From assembly GCA_965214705.1 (NCBI GenBank), contig CBDCCI010000001.1:608001-672000 (forward strand): DNA of 64,000 nucleotides, read 5' to 3'. Shown in pieces: positions 10,751 through 22,200 of this stretch. Numbering within the stretch: position 1 is the first letter of the stretch; the number at the start of each line of letters is the position of its first letter. Source of the DNA: Alphaproteobacteria bacterium. Lineage in GTDB: Bacteria; Pseudomonadota; Alphaproteobacteria; UBA828. Position numbers and translations under genes: made by a program. The notes under the pieces are model-generated. The model saw only the letters and a list, made by a program, of their open reading frames with translations. It ran no database searches and had not been told where the DNA came from.

Positions 10751-10774
10751 GGGGGGGGGGGGGGGGGGGGGTAA

Positions 10775-11173
10775 ATGGCTGTGAACATTCCGGTTCACCA
10801 CATTTATTTCTCGCTCGTCTGTGGGTTATTAATCCTGGGGCTCGTTGTAGAGCTGATTCGCAGGTCGCGGTTGCAGGAGCGCTACGCCGCATTGTGGATC
10901 GTGGTAGCGCTGGTGTTCATGACATATGGGTGGTGGCTTGATGCCGCGGCTGCCGTTGCGAGCTGGCTCCAAATAGCGGATGTCGTACCAGTCATACTGT
11001 TCTTGGGGATTTTCCTGTGCGCGTTGTTGATCCTGCAACTATCTATGAAAATCAGCGAATTCTCCAACAAGATCAAGAACCTGATTCAGGAAGTCTCCAT
11101 ACTCAAGTATGAGCTGAGGCTTCACAAGTCTTCAGACTCGAAAACCGATGGAGCTGGCGGTGAAGATATTTGA
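10775..11173 (+). CDS. DUF2304-like small membrane protein (usual GT2 partner)
   Basis: Three TM helices, LQERYAALW, C-terminal coiled coil KIKNLIQEVSIL. Confidence 0.75.
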   Translation: MAVNIPVHHIYFSLVCGLLILGLVVELIRRSRLQERYAALWIVVALVFMTYGWWLDAAAAVASWLQIADVVPVILFLGIFLCALLILQLSMKISEFSNKIKNLIQEVSILKYELRLHKSSDSKTDGAGGEDI

Positions 11174-12020
11174 TGCGTCGGCGCACAAGGTCGTGAGCCG
11201 GCGGTCGCCGAGAAAGATCGCGGTTCTGTCCATCGATGTGGAGCATGACTACAACGGGGCTCGAACCGACGCCTTGGATCGGCTTCCCGATCTGCTTGAC
11301 GCCGTCCGGCGCGCCTGCCTGCCGTTGACAGCCTTCGTGGAAGGGCGTCTGTTCAACGCACGTCCAGATCTGTGCACCCACCTTGAGGAGGCTGGAGCCG
11401 ACCTGCAACTCCATTGCTACGACCATAGAGAGCCCAACGACACCGCCGAGAGCCTCACCCGGGGCATCGCCGCCTTCGAGATGTTCGCGGGCGAGCGGCC
11501 GCGCGGTTACCGGGCGCACACCTATCGTCTGACGGAAGAGCATTATCGGACGCTGGTCGCTGAAGGTTTCGCGTGGGATTCGTCCATCCTGCCGGGCGTC
11601 GGCCTCGGCAATCATCCCGGCAAGGTGTTTCGCCGCGGCGACTGGTTCGTGATCGACGAGGCGCTCGCGGAGTTTCCAGTGGCAAGCTGGCGCGCGCTGG
11701 GCATTCCTTTCACCCAGTCCTACCGGCAACTGATGGGACCGTTCGCGGAGTCGCTGCTCGATCGCGCGGCTTCGCTACCGGACCTTCTGGTTTACGACAT
11801 GCACATGGTGGACCTAGTCCGCGACGGCCGGATCGGTCAGTCTCCCCTACCGTTGTGGCTGAAGGGCGCTCACGCGCTGGCACGCCGCAGACAGCGCGGA
11901 TTCGAGGACTTGGCGGCACTGGGCGAACGCCTGCGGGCGCGAGGCTATGAATGGTCCACCTTGTCGCGCTGCCATGAAAGGCTGACAGGAGGAGGCTTAT
12001 GCGGGCCGACGGCCGCCTGA
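11148..12020 (+). CDS. Polysaccharide deacetylase family protein
   Basis: LSIDVEHD, HCYDH, PRGYRA, WDSS NodB motifs. Confidence 0.85.
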   Translation: MELAVKIFDASAHKVVSRRSPRKIAVLSIDVEHDYNGARTDALDRLPDLLDAVRRACLPLTAFVEGRLFNARPDLCTHLEEAGADLQLHCYDHREPNDTAESLTRGIAAFEMFAGERPRGYRAHTYRLTEEHYRTLVAEGFAWDSSILPGVGLGNHPGKVFRRGDWFVIDEALAEFPVASWRALGIPFTQSYRQLMGPFAESLLDRAASLPDLLVYDMHMVDLVRDGRIGQSPLPLWLKGAHALARRRQRGFEDLAALGERLRARGYEWSTLSRCHERLTGGGLCGPTAA

Positions 12021-12904
12021 TTGCGGGCCACAGTCCTGGTTTCGTCTCGGCTTGGCGGTCGGTGTATCGCGACGTCTATCGTTGGCGGCAGGAAGGCCGG
12101 TTCGCCCTCGTGCCCTCGCTCCTCGGCGCGCCGGTGTTCGCCTATCTGCCAGGCCTCAACTATGCCGACCTTAGCGCAGCCGAAGCGCGAGGGCTTGCAC
12201 GAGAGATGGCGGGCCATTCGTTCAACATCCGCACGTTGACGGCGCCGCAAGGTGAGCTGCCCTACGGCGCGCCCGCTGTTCTCAGGCTTGACCTCGCGGC
12301 GTTCGGCCATGATCGGGAGTCTGTTTGGGAACTGGCGCTGAGCCGGGCGGCTCGCAAAGCAGTCAGGCGCGCGCGCAAAGCTGGCCTCGGAGTCTCCGAA
12401 GAGACCAAACCGGCCGCGAGGGCGGCGTTCCTCCACCTGCTGTCGGTCACCCTCTCCCGGCACGGTGCACCGATGATGCCGGCGGCGCTGTTCGAAACCC
12501 TGATTGACGCGCTCGACGCCCGGATACTGGTAGTTCGCCGTGTCGGCGGCGAAGCGCTGGCAAGTCTGCTCTGGCTTCGCGACGGTCCCTCCGCCTGGGT
12601 CCCCTGGTCCGGGTCGCTACCGAGCGCCGACTGTCCAGGCAACCTGCTCTTTTGGGGGCTGATAGAACAGGCCTTGGCTGAAGGCTCGGACATCGTCGAT
12701 TTCGGCCGATCCCCGACCGGCGACGGCTCCTACCGGTTCAAACGCGGCTTTGGCGCCGTCCCCATCCCCGCCTTGTGGCTCTCCGACAAGCCACCCGACC
12801 TTTACCGCCGCTATGCGCTGGCGCAAAAGCTGTGGCGCACGCTTCCGAACTTCGCAACCGATAATCTCGGACCACGATTGTGCCGATATCTGGCGGATTA
12901 CTGA
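11999..12904 (+). CDS. FemAB-like GNAT acyltransferase
   Basis: RKAVRRARKAGL, GNLLFWGLIE, DFGRS...SYRFKRGFGA. Confidence 0.8.
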   Translation: MRADGRLIAGHSPGFVSAWRSVYRDVYRWRQEGRFALVPSLLGAPVFAYLPGLNYADLSAAEARGLAREMAGHSFNIRTLTAPQGELPYGAPAVLRLDLAAFGHDRESVWELALSRAARKAVRRARKAGLGVSEETKPAARAAFLHLLSVTLSRHGAPMMPAALFETLIDALDARILVVRRVGGEALASLLWLRDGPSAWVPWSGSLPSADCPGNLLFWGLIEQALAEGSDIVDFGRSPTGDGSYRFKRGFGAVPIPALWLSDKPPDLYRRYALAQKLWRTLPNFATDNLGPRLCRYLADY

Positions 12905-12950
12905 TGCGCACTCCACTACGAGCGGCCATGGCGCCCGGCAACTTGGGAAG

Positions 12951-14456
12951 ATGAATTACTTGGCGTGCGCGAACCGGATTTCTGCAGTATTTCCGGTCAA
13001 AGTGCGACTGACATGGAGGGCCTTCTTCCACATACTTGTGTTAGTATTCCTGCTGAGTGTGCATGTCTATACCACTGTTACCATTCATGCGTCCCGTTTA
13101 CCCAAAATAGGCTATGATGAGTATTATTATCTCGATGCCGCTCTATCCATTTTTGATGGATCCTTTTTTTCCTCATCACGGTCGGTGGAGATCGTTCCTC
13201 TCTATCCTTTGTGGCTGAGCCTGATAATGCATTTAGACCCAGCCTTCACAGTTTTCTCGGAATGCATGGCCGAACAGTGGCATATTTCTCCCCATGAGAG
13301 AAGATTCGATTGTCCACCTTCATACAATCTCTGGCTTTATGCACAAGCCTTTCTGGGAGTCATCGGCATAACACTTTCTTGGTTTGCCGGCTGGCTTGCG
13401 TCCAAGCGTCTCATGGTCGCGCATTTTAGCGCCGTTGTTGCACTGTTGGCGGATTATTACTCATGTTACAATGCGTACTTTTATACCGAGAATTTGGTTA
13501 TCCCGCTCTTCGCTGGTGTCAATCTCTGTCTTGCCTGGTTGACGTTGAGGAAGAGGGGGAGGAGGTGGAAGACTGCAGCGGTAGCAACCGGGTGCGGTAT
13601 TATGCTGGGCGCGCTGATCCTCACGCGGCCGCCTCACGAGTATTTGCTGATGGCCTTGCTGTTTGGGGCAGCTGCCTGGATGATTTGGGATCGCTCGCGT
13701 CGCCTCGAAACTGCCGTTGCGACAACGTGTGTTCTGTTCGGCGCCTTGCTGGTGGTAACGCCCTGGATTGCCCGCAACTACGCGGATAGAGGATTTGTGG
13801 GTTTTACCGAGACATACGCTCCGGTTATTCTCGCTGAAAGAGTCAATTTCAACGATATGACTTTGCGTCAATGGACTGCCGCCTTTCTCTACTGGAGTTC
13901 GAAGGGTTACGGCCGTGATCTCGCGACGGACGTTTTTGGAGCCGAGACGGTCGCCCCTCTAGAATGGCGGCATCCTGAGTACTTTCAAAATCAGAAGAAC
14001 CGCGGACGGGAGTTATTAGTGGGCGTGGAGCCGCAAGATCGTCTAGGAGTCTTGATTGCGCACATATGGGCGGACCTTCCGAAACACCTGGCTGTAAGCG
14101 TACCCTTGGCATGGAGAGGTATGAACAGGCACAAATTCGGCATATACGGCAGTCCGAGTTGGGGTGCAATATTCTTGTTAGCAATCTCCGTGAGTCTCGT
14201 GCGAGGCACGCGGCAAAACCGGACCGTTTTGCTGGCGTTGACGTTCTGTCCGATCATCATCTTGGCGCTCAACGCTCTCGTATCGTCCAACGTTCCTCGA
14301 TATAATATCGGACTGGTAACACCCTTGTCGGTCGCGGCCGCACTGCCCATTGTCTGGGTCATCGACGGCACGTGGAACAGACTACGCCGGTGGACTCCAT
14401 GGACGGATCCGCGCACTCCGAACAGCGCAACGCATCCCCATGATGAGCCGCCATGA
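12951..14456 (+). CDS. Polytopic membrane glycosyltransferase (GT-C/GT39-like)
   Basis: YDEYYY loop, PLYPLWLS, TENL, LTRP, PWIARN, PRY motifs; many TM helices; lower GC. Confidence 0.7.
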   Translation: MNYLACANRISAVFPVKVRLTWRAFFHILVLVFLLSVHVYTTVTIHASRLPKIGYDEYYYLDAALSIFDGSFFSSSRSVEIVPLYPLWLSLIMHLDPAFTVFSECMAEQWHISPHERRFDCPPSYNLWLYAQAFLGVIGITLSWFAGWLASKRLMVAHFSAVVALLADYYSCYNAYFYTENLVIPLFAGVNLCLAWLTLRKRGRRWKTAAVATGCGIMLGALILTRPPHEYLLMALLFGAAAWMIWDRSRRLETAVATTCVLFGALLVVTPWIARNYADRGFVGFTETYAPVILAERVNFNDMTLRQWTAAFLYWSSKGYGRDLATDVFGAETVAPLEWRHPEYFQNQKNRGRELLVGVEPQDRLGVLIAHIWADLPKHLAVSVPLAWRGMNRHKFGIYGSPSWGAIFLLAISVSLVRGTRQNRTVLLALTFCPIIILALNALVSSNVPRYNIGLVTPLSVAAALPIVWVIDGTWNRLRRWTPWTDPRTPNSATHPHDEPP

Positions 14457-15163
14457 TGCGCTCGGACATCAAAGCGGACCAGATCTACGACCGGTTGCGG
14501 GCCGATTTCGGCGGGGCTAGCCCCAAGGCATCGGGATACCTCTCAGAATACGCCTTTCTGCGGGAACGGGCGCTGGTACTTGAGGCCATCGGCACCGAGC
14601 CGGGCGTGACGGTCGACTTGGCGTGTGGCGCTGGGCTGGTCACGCTGCCCTTATTGGCCAAGGCCGGCCGCCGCGTCGTAGGCGTGGACTTCAACGCCGC
14701 GGCGTGCAGGCAGGCCGGGCGGAACGGCATCCAGGCGATCCGCGGCGACGCATTCAACCTGCCGCTGGCGGACGCCGTGGCGGACGTCGTGGTGAACGTG
14801 GAGTTCGCTCAGCAGTATGATTTGCAGGCCATCGAACGCATGCTGCATGAGGTAGAGCGTGTGCTTCGCCCGTCTGGCCGGCTGGTGATCGTCTGGTCCA
14901 ACCGTGCGGCGCTGGCCCATCGGATCGCCAGCGCGGTCTTGCGCGTTTTGGATCGCCTGCGTGGCCGGGCTTCGTTCGCGTTGATTGGTCATGCCCCGTC
15001 GGAGATACAAGCTGCAGGCGAAAGGTCGGGGCTCATCCCCGATCAGGTGTTTGCGATTTGTCCGCCGCTGCGCCTGCGTCTTCGCCGCGTCGACGGGCCA
15101 TTGGTTGGCCTGATCGGATCGAGTTTTGTCGCGATCTTTCGGAAGCAGGCCTCAGGAGAGTAA
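14453..15163 (+). CDS. Class I SAM-dependent methyltransferase
   Basis: VDLACGAG, GVDFN, GDAFNLPL, ERVLRPSGRL. Confidence 0.88.
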   Translation: MMRSDIKADQIYDRLRADFGGASPKASGYLSEYAFLRERALVLEAIGTEPGVTVDLACGAGLVTLPLLAKAGRRVVGVDFNAAACRQAGRNGIQAIRGDAFNLPLADAVADVVVNVEFAQQYDLQAIERMLHEVERVLRPSGRLVIVWSNRAALAHRIASAVLRVLDRLRGRASFALIGHAPSEIQAAGERSGLIPDQVFAICPPLRLRLRRVDGPLVGLIGSSFVAIFRKQASGE

Positions 15164-15680
15164 CCAATCAGTTCGGTGATGCCGCGCCATCTCAAGATGC
15201 ACTTCTGACGGCAGCTCATCTTCCGCCAATAGCAATCCGCGAGATGATAGACGACGATGACGACCTGTCCCGATACAAGCTGGAATCTCCCGCAAAGGCG
15301 GAAGAGTTCTTATGGGCTCTCTCCGCAAGGCCCGACTTCATCTACTGAATGGCATTCGTGATCTCCCCATTCGCATCGGCGGCCGATGTCCAGGCAGAAC
15401 GTCTTTTCCACGCAGCGGCTCGTCACGCTGCTCAACTCTTATCCGGTTCGGAGCTCCGGCTCTCGCCGGCTCCGCGACCCCAATACCGCATCCAGGCGGT
15501 CGCGACGTTCCGGGAGGCGGGACCCATCTGTATGACGGTGCTATTCGGCGACCCAACTCATGCTCGGCCACACGCCTTGCCCGGCATTGTTGTTCGGCGC
15601 GGGGGTTCGACGCCGATCAGCACGGGAACCTATTGATTTGGCATGATTCTCAGGGGTCAGAGTTGCGCTCCGAATAGCAG

Positions 15681-16372
15681 TCAAGAGCCTGATCGGCGAG
15701 AAGATCGGCCTGCACTCGCTGGGGCCGGCGGACAAGGAAGGGCTCAGGGAGCTGATCGAGAAGCAGCGGGCCAAGGCTGAACGGACCCTGGGCCGAGAGG
15801 TGCGCGTTCTGTGCTGCTACGAGGCGGGCTACGAGGGCTTCTGGCTGGAGCGCTGGCTGGACCGGGAGATGTCCATCGAGACGGTGGTGCTCGATCCGGC
15901 GAACCTGCTGGTGAACCGGAAGGCGAAGCAGCGCAAGACGGATCGGATCGACGCGAAGAAGATGGTGCGTGCGCTGCTCGCGCACGACCGGGGCGATGCT
16001 GCGGTGCTGAGCCGGGTGCGGGTTCCGAGCGTCGAGGAGGAGGATCGCAAGCGGCTGCTTCGCGAGCGCCAGCGCTTGGTGAAGGAGCGGACCTCGCTGA
16101 CCAACTCGATCAAGGGGCTGCTGAAGCTGCACGGCATCTTCGACATGGACCCCCGCGCCAAAGGGTTCGAGGAGACGTTCGCGGACACGGTGACCGCGTA
16201 TGGATCGCCGTTCCCGCCGCGGGCTCGGCAAGAGATCCCTCGGCTTGTGGAGCGGTTGTCGCTCGTGCAGCGGCAGATCGCGGAAGTCGAGGCCAAGCGA
16301 GATGCGGTGGTCCGCCAGAGCGAGGCTATCCCGGCGCCGGCCGCGCCGGAGGGAAGCCAGGAGAAGGCATGA
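15681..16372 (+). pseudogene. IS110-family recombinase fragment (truncated at both ends)
   Basis: CCYEAGYEGFWL and RKTDRIDAKK DEDD motifs; no C-terminal domain. Confidence 0.8.
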
Positions 16373-17020
16373 CCCAGATGCGAGCGCTGACCCGGATCGC
16401 CGCCGAGGCCGGCGTCGAGCGCCTCGCGCTCATCGGCGACCGCCGGCAGCTGCGGGCCGTGGAGGCCGGCCAGCCCTTCGGCCTGCTGCAGGACGCGGGC
16501 ATGCCCACGGCCAGGATGGACGAGGTGGTGCGCCAGCGCGACGCGGACTCGCGGCAGGCGGTGCTGCACATGGTGGCGGACGAGCCGCGCCTCGCGGTCG
16601 AGGGGCTCGGCAACGGCGTCCTCGAGATGGACGGCGACGAGCTTGGCAGGAATGCGGCGCAACTCTGGTTGAACCTCGACCCGGACCTGCGTGCCGGAGC
16701 GGCGATCCTGGCGCCCACGCACGAGTTGCGCGCCGAAATCAACACCGCCGTTCGCCGCGGCCTGGCAGACGAAGGGGTGCTGCGCGGCCCAGAGCTGGAG
16801 ATCGAGCGCTACGTCAACCTCCACCTGACCCGCCCGCAGAAGGGCGACATCGCCGTCTTCCATCACGACGTGTACGGCGTACGGCGTCAAGGCAAGGCCG
16901 GCGATGCCTGCCGCGTGGCGGAGGTCGATGCCGGAGAGGGGCGCGTGGCGCTCTCCCACCCCGACGGAAGGGAGCGGCGGATCGACCTCTCCGGCTACAT
17001 CCGCTACCGCCTCGACTGCC
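16369..17020 (+). pseudogene. TrwC/TraI-type relaxase-helicase internal fragment
   Basis: LIGDRRQLRAVEAGQPF and MDEVVRQRD helicase motifs. Confidence 0.8.
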
Positions 17021-17100
17021 GGACCGCCCCTACATCACCCGTGGCCCGAACTCCGGGCACGGCAGCGGACTCCCGCAATCGGCGACGGGCCGCCTCTCGA

Positions 17101-17547
17101 TCATCGCGAGTCCGAACTCTCCACGCTCGCGCGCGCACGGAGCCGGTCGACGGTTGCCGCCGCTGCCTGCTCGCCCACGAGGTCCGTCAGCATTTCCCGC
17201 AGCTCCTCCTCGCGGCCCTCGCACATCATGGTTCGCATCGTTTCGTCGACCAGCAAGGCGAGTGAATTGCGGGTGCGCGTCAGCAACGCCTCGTCCGTCT
17301 CTGCCTCTGTCGTGCGCTCCGCAATGGCGATCACATGGTCATGAAGGGTGCGCTGCTCCGCCTCGTCCAGCACGAGGCGGGGCGGCATCTCGGGTTCCGT
17401 CCCCGGGTCCACGGTGAGCCCGCACTCGACCATGTAGCGCGAGATGGACAAGCCCTTCCGCTCGGCCAGCACCCGCACGCGTCTCCAATCGGTGTCGGTG
17501 CAGGAAAGCGAGTACGCCCTTGGCCGGGTCCGGCGGCTGCGCCTCAT
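17101..17547 (-). CDS. Ribbon-helix-helix (MobC-like) protein
   Basis: YSLSCTDTDWRRVRVLAERKGLSISRYMVE; paralogues at 30330-32158 and 45501-45643. Confidence 0.6.
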   Translation of the reverse strand: MRRSRRTRPRAYSLSCTDTDWRRVRVLAERKGLSISRYMVECGLTVDPGTEPEMPPRLVLDEAEQRTLHDHVIAIAERTTEAETDEALLTRTRNSLALLVDETMRTMMCEGREEELREMLTDLVGEQAAAATVDRLRARASVESSDSR

Positions 17548-17678
17548 GAATCTTCCCCGTGCTCGTCGCCGGACCTGGCGCGAGCCTCCCGGACCAGGAA
17601 GGTGAGTGCGCCGAGCGCCGATATCTCCGTCCCCGGTGATGCCGACGGCGTCCGCCGTCCTACCGGCCCCGGGGCACG

Positions 17679-18173
17679 GCCCTGGCGCTCGAGTTCCTGG
17701 TGCTGACGGGCTGCCGGTCGGGGGAGGTCCGGCTGGCCACATGGGACGAGGTGGATCTGGACTCGGAAACGTGGACGGTCCCGGCGAGCCGCATGAAGGC
17801 GAAGCGCGACCATCGGGTGCCGCTCTCAAGACGCGCGCTGGAAATCCTGCACGAAGCGCGGGAGCTCTCCGGCGGGACAGGGCTGGTCTTCCCGTCGGCC
17901 CACGGCCGGGCGCTCAGCGACAACACGATCTCCAAGCTGCTGCGGGACCTCGGGATCGAGGCCGTGCCGCACGGGTTCCGGTCCTCGTTCCGGGACTGGG
18001 CGGCGGAGTGCTCCGATGCGCCTCGAGAGGTCTGCGAGCTCGCCCTGGCCCATGTGAATTCCGATCGGGTGGAGGCCGCCTATCGCCGGACGGACCTGTT
18101 CGAGAGGCGCCGGGTGCTGATGGAGGAATGGTCGGCCTTCGTCGGACGATCCCCAGAGAGCGGCGAGCATTGA
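17679..18173 (+). pseudogene. P4-like integrase C-terminal fragment
   Basis: LEFLVLTGCRSGE, PHGFRSSFRDWAAE, LAH...AYRRTDLFERRR. Confidence 0.85.
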
Positions 18174-18359
18174 GCTCGGAGGCAATTCACTCGTCGGACC
18201 AAGTTCGCGAAGGTGGCCTCCGTCCGTCTCTTGCTGCTGACCGGTTGCCGCAACCAAATGGGGCCAGCCCTACACCGCCACCGCTTCGTCTGGCGCTGGC
18301 AACTACGCTATACTTGACCGGAGTAGACACAGCGTTGAATGACGGTTATAGGGATTCGT

Positions 18360-18379
18360 TACCCGTCAAAAAACGGGTA
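18360..18379. promoter_or_regulatory. Candidate operator palindrome upstream of lexA
   Basis: TACCCGT-CAAAAA-ACGGGTA, 54 bp before the lexA ATG. Confidence 0.45.
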
Positions 18380-18433
18380 TCTAGAACGCACTGTCGCAAA
18401 ACGAACGGACGGCGTAAACCGCCCCGAAGCGAG

Positions 18434-19081
18434 ATGAGAAACCTCACCGATCGACAGCGTCAGACGCTTGATCTCATCAGGGCCCACGTTCGGCGACACG
18501 GATTCCCGCCGTCGCGAAAGGAACTGGCCGCAGACCTCGGGCTCAGGCATCCGTCGTCGGTGGACGGGCACCTGAGCGCGCTGCAGGCGAAGGGATGGAT
18601 CGAGCTCAAGCGCGACACCAAGCGCGGGATCCGGCTGGTCGGCGACACCGACCCCGGCGTACCGCTCGTCGACCTCGCCATGCCGATTGGAGAGATCGCG
18701 GCGGGTGATCCCATCGTCGCCGAGGATCGTATCGTGGATCAGATCCCATCGGCGGTCGCAGAGCGGTTCTCCCCGCCACCGGATTACTTCCTGACCGTTC
18801 GCGGTGACAGTATGAACCGCACGGGGCTTCGCGACGGCGACGTGGTCGCGATCCGCGCGACACCCGAGGCGAGGCACCGCGACGTGGTCGTCGCACGGTT
18901 CGGCGACGAAGTGACGCTGAAGCGCTTTTTTCGGCGCGACGATCGGCACGTGGAATTGCGCCCCGACAGCCGCAACCCCGAGCACAAGACGATCAAGATT
19001 GACCTCGCCAAGCACATTCTGCACATCGACGGCGTTGCGGTCGGTGCACTCATCGGGCGGTTCGACGACACGACCGAATGA
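18434..19081 (+). CDS. lexA: LexA-family repressor
   Basis: LTDRQ...GFPPSRKELA wHTH, IAAG cleavage site, VRGDSM and VTLKR Ser-Lys dyad. Confidence 0.92.
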   Translation: MRNLTDRQRQTLDLIRAHVRRHGFPPSRKELAADLGLRHPSSVDGHLSALQAKGWIELKRDTKRGIRLVGDTDPGVPLVDLAMPIGEIAAGDPIVAEDRIVDQIPSAVAERFSPPPDYFLTVRGDSMNRTGLRDGDVVAIRATPEARHRDVVVARFGDEVTLKRFFRRDDRHVELRPDSRNPEHKTIKIDLAKHILHIDGVAVGALIGRFDDTTE

Positions 19082-19228
19082 ACCAACGAAGAGGTTGAGC
19101 ATGTTCAACAAGGCGGGAACCGACGAACTGTGGCAAGCCACAAAGGGGCTACACGGAGACAACGTCACATGGTGAAGCAAAGCGGGAGGAGGAAACCCGA
19201 GTGACGGATGCCTTAGGGAACGAAGCCA

Positions 19229-22200
19229 ATGACTGACATTCGCGCTTTGCTCACTCTGTTCGGGGCTGATCCGTCAACCTTGCGCCTGCTTGACGACGAG
19301 TGCCCGGAGCTCTTGCCCTACGCGACATTGATGACAGCACGCCGTAACGGCCAGAGCGATCTGGATGCGGTGGAGGCGGTGTACGAGTGGCAGGACGCGC
19401 CACTAGTCTTCTTGATCGACGCGGATTCTTTGGAAGGCGATAACCAGTTGCAACGTATCCGGCGACTGCTCGCGATGCGCGGGGACGCGCCCTATCTTGG
19501 CGTGATCGCGCCGGGCAGCCTTCGTGTGTATCGAATCGCCCTCGACAGGAAGTCCCCGCGGCAGGCTCGGGTAGGTTGGGAGGACGGAGAAGGCGCGAGG
19601 AGTACACTGTTTGCGCGGCTGGCCAACGAGCGTCCGAATGCCGCGATCACCCACTCGGGTTGGATTTCCAATGTCGTGCTGAGGCTGTTAAGCGGCTCGA
19701 TGACGACGCTCATCCATCTCGACGTCTCGCACGAGGATGCGATTTCGCTTGTCGGCCGCGCGTTGTTCACCCGGTTCCTGGGGGATCGAAATCTACTGCC
19801 TGAAAGCATGTCACAGCCTGGGACGGCGGAAAGTCTCTTCGACGACCGCTACATGGCGGAGCAGACATCGAAATGGCTCGACGACACTTTCAACGGCGAC
19901 CTGCTGCCGTTATCGGCGGACATATTTGGAAGGCTCCCGGAGCGGGGCTACCGTGTGTTGGGTGACATCCTCCGACGCGCCCCAGAAGGGCAATTGTTCC
20001 TCCGATGGGAAGAAAAATGGAGCAACCTGGACTTCGCTCACATCCCGGTCGGAGTTCTGAGTCAAGCGTACGAACTCTACTTGAGGGAACATGCGCCATC
20101 CAAGCAGAAGCGTGAAGGTGGCTACTTTACGCCCAGACCGATCGCCGAGTTGATGGTTCGAGCGTCCTTCCGCGCGCTGCAACGACGAAACGCAGGCAAG
20201 GCGGCCAAAGTCCTCGATCCGGCGGTCGGCGGAGGCATTTTTCTGCTGACGGCATTTCGCGAGCTCGTCGGGGAGCACTGGAGGGTCGATGGCAAGCGCC
20301 CGGGTACCGAAACGCTCAGGCGGATCCTCTACGAGCAAATCGTCGGTTTTGACATTAACGAGGCCGCATTGCGGTTCTCTGCGCTGGGATTGTATCTGCT
20401 TTCCATCGAGCTAGACCCCAACCCACGGCCGGTCGACAAGCTGCGATTCGGCGATCTCCGCAAGACGGTTCTGCATCAAGTCAAGAGAGTGGAAGAAGTG
20501 GAGCGGAAGGCGCTCGGCAGCCTAGGACCCCATGTAGGAGACGAGCATAAGGCCCGATACGACCTCGTAATCGGAAACCCCCCTTGGGCAAGCGGGACCA
20601 TGCTGCCCGAATGGAATCGCGTCCTCCGATTGATCGCACATATTGCGGCGGACAGGGGAATCGCAAACAAAGCACCGCCTCTACCGAACGAAGTGCTCGA
20701 TTTGCCTTTCGTGTGGCGGGCAATGCAGTGGGCGAAGCCAGACGGCCAGATTGCCTTCGCACTGCACGCCCGTCTGCTTTTTGCGCAAGGCGACGGGATG
20801 CCGGCCGCGCGCCAGGCATTGTTCGAAGCACTGGACGTCACGTCGGTGGTGAACGGTGCCGACTTGAGGCAAACGAAGGTATGGCCGCATGTCTTGGCAC
20901 CTTTCTGCATTCTGTTCGCCACAAACAGAATACCCGGTGCCGAAGCAGGCTTTAGGGTCATCAGTCCGCGGATCGAGGACTCGCTAAACAAGGCCGGCGG
21001 CATGCGCATCGATACGATCAACGCGGAAGTCGTGGCTTCTCGGCAACTTGTCGAGACCCCTGAGATACTGAAGGTACTGTTCCGAGGATCGAAGGCCGAT
21101 CTAGGAGTCCTGGAACGGATTCGCGCTGTGGGGCACCCGACACTGTACGACTACTGGAAGGAGAGTTTCGGGCTTGGAGCAAACGGCCGTTTACGAGGGA
21201 GCGGGAACGGTTATCAGACGCTTAGACCAACTAGTCGCGTCCGTCGGCACGGAGATGGCCTGCCCGGCGTAGATGCGAGTTATCTGCACGGGCGACCCCA
21301 GATCACGAAGGGACCATTCACCAGACTCTTGATTGACAGCTCGTTGCTTGACCTCTTTTCGCATGAGCGAATTCACGATCCACGGTCCATCGACCTGTTT
21401 GCCGGACCGCAAGCCATTCTCCATGAGTCCCCACCCAAGTCGACGGCGCGAATTAGCGTAGCGGTGTCCGACGAAGGGGTCGTCTACAACACCAGCTTCC
21501 ACGGATATTGTCCCGGAGCGCATCCCGATGCGGCGCTGATCGTTCGTTATCTCGCATTGGTTCTAGGTAGCAAGTTGGCGATCTGGTTCGCGCTTGTTAC
21601 CAGCGGACGGTTCGGCGTCGAAAGAGACGTCGTCGAAAAGATTGCACTCGATCGTCTTCCGTTGCCCCACTTCGACCAACTCACGCCCCTACAGCGAGAA
21701 GAAATCGGACGTCTTACCGAGGGCTTGGACTCGGGAAAGATGTCGTGGGAAGACGTGGACGAGTGGGTGATGCGCTTGTACGGCCTCGGTAAACGAGATT
21801 TGCAAGTCGTTTTCGATACGTTGGAGTTCAACCTGCCGTACCCCAAGAACAAGCGGAACGCGCAAGCGCCGCCGAGTGCCGAGGAGAGGGCACGGTTTTG
21901 CGATGTCCTTCGAGACGAGCTGAAGCCTTGGTGCAACAGGTTTGGTTCGCGGCTGGCCGTGTATCAAATTCCGCCGCCGACCATGGCGCCGTGGCAAGCC
22001 ATCGCAGTTAGGACAGGGCCCGGTCACATAACGGAGACGGTTTCCGAGGATGATTGGGCAGGCCTGCTGAGAGCCGCCGACGAGGCGGCCGCTTCCGAAA
22101 TCCTTGTCGATAACGGACCGGACGGACTTCTGATAGGACGGCTTGCCCAAAGACGCTATTGGAGCATGACCCAAGCGTGGCAGCTTGCACAGCGGATTGC

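Noticed and set aside
15164-15650. Short ORFs after the methyltransferase
   Set aside because: No recognisable family; probably a degraded relic
17606-18433. Long N-terminal extension of LexA
   Set aside because: Alternative-frame read-through of an integrase relic; LexA homology starts at 18434
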